Of a DNA stretch of 64,000 bases, positions 60,244 through 64,000 are shown one piece after another. The translations under genes were made by a program, and so were the position numbers. The DNA is from Candidatus Nomurabacteria bacterium (GTDB lineage: Bacteria; Patescibacteriota; Minisyncoccia; Phycocordibacterales; UBA9973): the NCBI GenBank assembly GCA_963832025.1, contig CAWHSF010000002.1, forward strand, positions 17,496-81,495, read 5' to 3'. Within the stretch, counting starts at the first letter, position 1, and every line of letters starts with the position of its first letter. The notes below the pieces were generated by a model. It was not told where the DNA came from, made no database searches, and was given only the letters and a program-made list of their open reading frames with translations.

Positions 60244-60519
60244 CTAGAATATACCTGGCCCATCTCCATCTAAATACCACTTTCCTTCTATATTAACTAT
60301 TTTTATAGTCTGACCAGACGAAGTCTTACATATACCATAGGTATCAGTTTTTTCCAGCAACTGAACACAGCCCCTAAAAGCGTAGTAGTTTTCAAAAGTG
60401 CTGTGTACCTCGCGCAGATAAAACCACTGACTTATTGCAAGTCCTATTACTATTCCTGCGATAAAAGCTAATATCCGTGCCCATAAACATTTTTTCAAAG
60501 TCATTCTAATTGTTTCCAT
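60244..60519 (-). CDS. Hypothetical membrane-anchored small protein
   Basis: 91 aa with one TM helix (ILAFIAGIVIGLAISQWF) and a small soluble domain containing two Cys. Confidence 0.5.
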   Translation of the reverse strand: METIRMTLKKCLWARILAFIAGIVIGLAISQWFYLREVHSTFENYYAFRGCVQLLEKTDTYGICKTSSGQTIKIVNIEGKWYLDGDGPGIF

Positions 60520-60651
60520 ATGCTAAAAGCATATCACAAGTTCGAACTTCTACTAAGTTAGAAAAAATAACCGTTGAAAATTATGGTTTATTTTGATACT
60601 CGTTCGAGAGAGTTTAATGGAAAGACCGGCTTAATTTGTTATAATACTGAA

Positions 60652-61104
60652 ATGATGAATCCTATGATTTTTCTTTTAATAAACACAGCCCTAGGGTTTT
60701 ACAACGTAGGCACAATTTGGGCAATGGAAGTTGATATTTTTCGATCTTGGAAATTAGTTGGTCTAGAAAATTTTCGTAATATTCAAGAAGTTCATTGGAG
60801 GAAACTTCCCTATTGGATTTTTACACCTGTTTGTCTAGCTTTAATTGGTTCTATTATTCTTTTTTGGTATCACCCCCAAGGTTCACCCATCTGGGCAATC
60901 TGGGGAGTTTTTCTTTCTCAATTTTTATCTTTGGTGCTTACTGGAATTTTCTGGGGTCAATGGCAAGCCAAGCTAAGTAAAGATCCTCTCGGACCACAAA
61001 GTATATATCTTACTAAAATACTCAAAACCCATTGGGTGAGAACTTTACTAATTAATCTTTCCGCTATAATTTTGATTATTTGGATAATTCAATTGATGCA
61101 TTAA
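60652..61104 (+). CDS. Hypothetical four-TM membrane protein
   Basis: MMNPMIFLLINTALGFYNVGTIWAMEVD.... I prefer ATG 60652, which lies 6 nt after a TGTTATAAT box and may be leaderless. Confidence 0.5.
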   Translation: MMNPMIFLLINTALGFYNVGTIWAMEVDIFRSWKLVGLENFRNIQEVHWRKLPYWIFTPVCLALIGSIILFWYHPQGSPIWAIWGVFLSQFLSLVLTGIFWGQWQAKLSKDPLGPQSIYLTKILKTHWVRTLLINLSAIILIIWIIQLMH

Positions 61105-61106
61105 TT

Positions 61107-61124
61107 CTGGGAGGATGTTCGAAT
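61107..61124 (+). repeat. Truncated copy (R6) of the intergenic repeat (3' end only)
   Basis: CTGGGAGGATGTTCGAAT is identical to the 3' 18 nt of R5 and starts 3 nt after the stop codon. Confidence 0.7.
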
Positions 61125-61182
61125 GGTAATCACTCAACAATATATTAAAAAAGTTAATTTTAACATTATATCTACGTCATTG

Positions 61183-61210
61183 ATTGACAAAGTTTTAAAA
61201 AACTGTATAT
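61183..61210 (+). promoter_or_regulatory. Sigma70-like promoter of the higher-GC orphan gene
   Basis: TTGACA-16 nt-TATATT lies about 75 nt upstream of ATG 61287. Confidence 0.5.
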
Positions 61211-61286
61211 TGCAAGAATTACGTCGTCGAGGGTATTCCATCCTTCAGATGACTTAATTGTCCTTTACGGACACAAGGAGATTTTG

Positions 61287-61712
61287 ATGACTACCTTTAA
61301 TTTCACTGCAAGTTGTCTGATCGCCACAGAATTCATGCTACGAGTACTCAACGGAAAGTGGCAAGGAGGAAAACTCCAAGGTCCACCGAGTTGGGCGAGC
61401 AGAGTACCGTTCTTTTCGAAGATTACCGCTACCCCAATTAAAACATCGGCCCATCCAGCAAGCTATCGCTTGCTAGGCGCAACTTGGACCAAGGTGAAAC
61501 GAGAAGTGTCATTCTATCGGTTCGGTTTGTTGTTTGCGACTATAACTCTTTCAGGCTCGAAATATGGAAATGAGCTTGATAATGAATCGTCGTGGCGCGT
61601 AACAAAGATTCGTTGCGCTATGACGTGGGTTGGTTCTCTGGAAGATCTTGAGCCTAAAGATTGGATAGAAATTGAGGTCCAAGGAGAACCAAGTAAGATT
61701 AGTGTTCTGTAA
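61287..61712 (+). CDS. Orphan protein in a locally GC-rich segment
   Basis: 141 aa with an AAGGAG RBS 7 nt upstream and its own terminator. No family recognised. Confidence 0.55.
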   Translation: MTTFNFTASCLIATEFMLRVLNGKWQGGKLQGPPSWASRVPFFSKITATPIKTSAHPASYRLLGATWTKVKREVSFYRFGLLFATITLSGSKYGNELDNESSWRVTKIRCAMTWVGSLEDLEPKDWIEIEVQGEPSKISVL

Positions 61713-61734
61713 AACCATCTCCCGTACAATGAGA

Positions 61735-61760
61735 GCCCCGTGCTCCGTGTGCGGGGTTTT
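61735..61760 (+). terminator. Rho-independent terminator
   Basis: GCCCCG-tgctccgtgtg-CGGGG followed by TTTT. Confidence 0.65.
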
Positions 61761-61782
61761 CATTTATTATGTAATTTTGCTT

Positions 61783-61833
61783 GCTCCAAACCTGGGACAG
61801 TTTACACTGAGCTAGTCGAAGTGATGTTCGAAT
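61783..61833 (+). repeat. 51-bp copy (R4) of the intergenic repeat (internal deletion form)
   Basis: GCTCCAAACCTGGGACAGTTTACACTGAGCTAGTCGAAGTGATGTTCGAAT. Confidence 0.88.
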
Positions 61834-61891
61834 GAATTTGGTGGGAGAAATCGTAATAGACACACCTAAAATAACTTAGTATTATATAAAT

Positions 61892-62131
61892 ATGGAACAA
61901 AATCCTAAAGATAAACCAAAAGTAGGTGGTATAGAAAAAGGAGCAATATCATTGGGAAGACTAGAGAATAATAATGTTCGAAAAATTGAATTGGGTAAAG
62001 TTTATCCTATGGAAGATATTGAGCTTATGTTTGACGCAAGGTTGGGGGAACAATTAAAAACCATGTTGAAGAAACATTTTGAATACACGATTGATAATGG
62101 AAAAATTACCTTTACTAAAAAGGTAGGTTAG
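61892..62131 (+). CDS. Hypothetical small protein
   Basis: 79-aa ORF bounded by repeats R4 and R3. No family recognised. Confidence 0.45.
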   Translation: MEQNPKDKPKVGGIEKGAISLGRLENNNVRKIELGKVYPMEDIELMFDARLGEQLKTMLKKHFEYTIDNGKITFTKKVG

Positions 62132-62137
62132 CATTTT

Positions 62138-62156
62138 AGGACATCTGTCCTTTTCT
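62138..62156 (+). terminator. Weak hairpin plus T-run after the 79-aa ORF
   Basis: AGGAC-atct-GTCCT followed by TTTCT; the stem is only 5 bp. Confidence 0.3.
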
Positions 62157-62251
62157 GCTCCGAACCTGCTTTGCTCTTCCGAAGTTTTAACGAAGGAGAG
62201 GGACGTCGTTCAGACTCTGAGAGTCTTCAGACTCGAATGAGATGTTCGAAT
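62157..62251 (+). repeat. 95-bp copy (R3) of the intergenic repeat (alternative internal module)
   Basis: GCTCCGAACCTGCTTTGCTCTTCCGAAGTTTTAACGAAGGAGAGGGACGTCGTTCAGACTCTGAGAGTCTTCAGACTCGAATGAGATGTTCGAAT. Confidence 0.9.
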
Positions 62252-62279
62252 GAGTTTAATCGGTAAAAAAGGTTAATTT

Positions 62280-62843
62280 TTATAGTACCCAGAGAGGCTT
62301 ATAACGAAGAAAAATATTCCCTGATTTAAATTCATGGACTTTAACAAGTTTTAGTTTATACCTTTTTTCTATGTTTAAAAATAAAGATTTACCTTTACCG
62401 AGGATTACTGGGTTTATAATTAAACGATATTCATCAATCACCCCTAAATCAGCAAGAGCAGATACAATCATACCACTGCCAAAAATGGCAATATCTTTAC
62501 CTTCTGCTTGTTTTATTTTTTTTATTTCGTCTGCATTAATTTCAGAAAATATTTTTGAATTATTCCAAGCAAGTTCCTCTTTGGTTTTAGAAAAAACAAT
62601 CTTAGACAGGCTATTCATTTTATCTGCAACAATTGGATCATCCTTTAAGGCATTCTCTGTAGGCCAATAATTTGCCATGAGCTCGTAAGTAATACGACCA
62701 AACATAAGAGTATCTAAGGTATTGAGAAATTTAATAGCATAGTCATTAAATTCAGCGTCAACATTATGCCAATCGATTTCACCATCTGGTCCAGCAAAAA
62801 AACCATCAATCGTGATCATTTCTTGTACAATTATTTTTCTCAT
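62280..62843 (-). CDS. Dihydrofolate reductase-like (RibD C-terminal domain) family protein
   Basis: MRKIIVQEMITIDGFFAGPDGEIDWH...FGRITYELMANYWP...IFGSG. Start moved to ATG 62843. Confidence 0.75.
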   Translation of the reverse strand: MRKIIVQEMITIDGFFAGPDGEIDWHNVDAEFNDYAIKFLNTLDTLMFGRITYELMANYWPTENALKDDPIVADKMNSLSKIVFSKTKEELAWNNSKIFSEINADEIKKIKQAEGKDIAIFGSGMIVSALADLGVIDEYRLIINPVILGKGKSLFLNIEKRYKLKLVKVHEFKSGNIFLRYKPLWVL

Positions 62844-62847
62844 GGGA

Positions 62848-63246
62848 TTATTTTGGTTTCCACTCAGTGGCTTGGAGCAAGCCAAAGACATTGCCTTCAG
62901 TATCTATCGCACGAGAGAACCAACCCAGGCCTTTCATTTCCCACTTCTCTTTTCCCTCCCAGGGTTCAATCTCCCCACCATTAGCCTTAATAGCTGTGAT
63001 TACTTTATCAATGTCATCCACCAAAACTGTACAATCAAAACTGTTGAGTTTACCCATGGCATCCTTTCGTTTAAAAAGTCCACCATCAATTCCAGGCCCC
63101 TCTCCGGTCATCACCATCCAATAATCCATCCCGACACCAGGCATCTTTGATTTTTCTATCTTCCAACCAAGAGTATTTTCGTAAAACTTTTTTGCCCGTT
63201 CGGCATCGTCCGCTTGAACCTCAAAATGTATTGGTCTATTTGACAT
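62848..63246 (-). CDS. VOC/glyoxalase-family protein
   Basis: MSNRPIHFEVQADDAERAKKFYENTLGWKIE...GGL.... Start moved to ATG 63246. Confidence 0.72.
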   Translation of the reverse strand: MSNRPIHFEVQADDAERAKKFYENTLGWKIEKSKMPGVGMDYWMVMTGEGPGIDGGLFKRKDAMGKLNSFDCTVLVDDIDKVITAIKANGGEIEPWEGKEKWEMKGLGWFSRAIDTEGNVFGLLQATEWKPK

Positions 63247-63300
63247 ATTTAATATATAAAAAATTAATTTATAAACTCGACTAATTATATTATGACACAC

Positions 63301-63774
63301 TCATTTCCCCACCTTTTTCAATGTTTCAATATCAATCTTCTTCATCTGTAACATTGCTTCCATTTTTTCTTTTGCAATTTTTGGATTAGCATCTTCAAGT
63401 AATTCCGACATATTTTCTGGAACAATCTGCCATGAAACTCCAAACTTGTCTTTCAACCAACCGCATTGTTCCGATTCTTTAACTGCCGATAGTTTTGTCC
63501 AGTAAGAATCAATTTCTTCTTGTGACTGACACGGTATTATAAAAGATACAGCTTCATTCGCCTTAAAAAAAGGACCACCATTTAATGCCAAAAAAGGATT
63601 ACCATCGAGTTCGAAAGATACAGTCAAGACACTACCTATAGGCTTGTTGGAGGGTGATTCGGTACTGTATCGAGCAACATGCAGAATCTTAGAATTCTTG
63701 AAAACCGAAACATAAAAATTCGCCGCTTCCTCAGCTTCACCATCAAACCAAATACAAGGTGTAATTTTTTTCAT
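63301..63774 (-). CDS. VOC-superfamily protein (PhnB / 3-demethylubiquinone-9 methyltransferase-domain-like)
   Basis: MKKITPCIWFDGEAEEAANFYVSVFKNSKI...DKFGVSWQIVP, typical of this family. Confidence 0.75.
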   Translation of the reverse strand: MKKITPCIWFDGEAEEAANFYVSVFKNSKILHVARYSTESPSNKPIGSVLTVSFELDGNPFLALNGGPFFKANEAVSFIIPCQSQEEIDSYWTKLSAVKESEQCGWLKDKFGVSWQIVPENMSELLEDANPKIAKEKMEAMLQMKKIDIETLKKVGK

Positions 63775-63853
63775 ATTTTTTTGTTTTTACTGTTAATTAG
63801 TCGACCTCAAATATTATAGACGAAATTCAAACTTTTTCATTACTTAAATTTTG

Positions 63854-63880
63854 GCTCCGAACCTGGGAGGATGTTCGAAT
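63854..63880 (+). repeat. Minimal 27-bp copy (R5) of the intergenic repeat
   Basis: GCTCCGAACCTGGGAGGATGTTCGAAT consists of the two conserved ends joined directly. Confidence 0.85.
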
Positions 63881-63893
63881 AGCGATAAGAAGC

Positions 63894-63926
63894 GAAAAAC
63901 TCCCGAATCAATGAAGATTCTGGGAG
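63894..63926 (-). terminator. Rho-independent terminator for a minus-strand transcript entering from beyond the window
   Basis: On the minus strand CTCCCAGAATC-ttcatt-GATTCGGGAG is followed by TTTTT. Confidence 0.6.
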
Positions 63927-64000
63927 CGTTGATGGGTGTGAGATAAAATCATCACAAATGTAAACACAAAGGAACATTTACTTTCATGGCCTGGCGGGTG

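Noticed and set aside
61801-61833. Outward-facing promoter within the R repeats (TTTACA/TTTACG as -35, TGTTCGAAT as extended -10).
   Set aside because: The spacing between the candidate -35 and the TCGAAT hexamer is about 21 nt, outside the functional range. Downstream genes are also often on the opposite strand.
57621-63880. Possible CRISPR array, given near-identical 83-bp repeats (R1/R2) and related copies.
   Set aside because: The repeats are 0.2-2.5 kb apart and separated by full protein-coding genes. Repeat lengths vary from about 18 to 95 bp. No regular spacer-sized intervals or cas genes are present.
55136-63880. Calling the repeats canonical integron attC sites.
   Set aside because: Only the AAC...GTT cores match RYYYAAC/GTTRRRY. 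The minimal copy (27 bp) is shorter than any known attC. No L'/L'' pairing or extrahelical-base geometry is evident by eye, and no intI is in the window. I keep it only as an architectural analogy in the findings.
63913-64000. Open minus-strand frame entering from the right window edge (…HPPGHESKCSFVFTFVMILSHTHQRSQNLH*).
   Set aside because: Only about 29 codons are visible and there is no recognisable homology. It could be the C-terminus of an out-of-window gene or non-coding RNA upstream of the terminator at 63894-63926, and this cannot be decided from the window.

Overview
The window is AT-rich, densely coding bacterial DNA under the standard genetic code. No rRNA, tRNA or CRISPR array was found. 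The gene content looks like a reduced, fermentative, CPR/Patescibacteria-like genome; this lineage call is my inference only. Supporting content includes split transketolase, non-oxidative pentose-phosphate genes, lamin-tail-domain surface proteins, GH130 glycoside phosphorylases and an O-antigen-ligase/TPR fusion. From 1 to about 53 kb the window is mostly housekeeping: ppsA, eno, pyrD, lepA, murJ, leuS, ychF, dnaE, pth, lepB, hisS, def, fmt, hpf, mgtA and msrAB-dipZ. From about 53 to 64 kb there is an accessory block of small genes (cytochrome bd oxidase, YciI, DUF1761, DHFR-like, VOC proteins and orphans).

Five things stand out.
1. At least five families of short, GC-rich palindromic repeats occur both between genes and in-frame inside intact conserved genes. 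Affected genes are leuS (twice), lepA, glycerate kinase, dnaE, an LTD surface protein and the C-termini of two enzymes. This resembles Rickettsia palindromic elements.
2. A unidirectional intergenic repeat family has conserved ends (GCTCCGAACCTG ... GATGTTCGAAT) and variable length (about 18-95 bp). It delimits one- to three-gene units across 55.1-63.9 kb, giving a cassette-array-like layout. No recombinase is present in the window.
3. A Nudix-like domain of about 160 aa is nested inside the LeuRS editing domain.
4. Three genes (gap, ndh and an ACT-like gene) carry five frame breaks, all in the +1 direction.
5. Two higher-GC orphan genes with their own strong RBS and terminators sit inside the accessory block.
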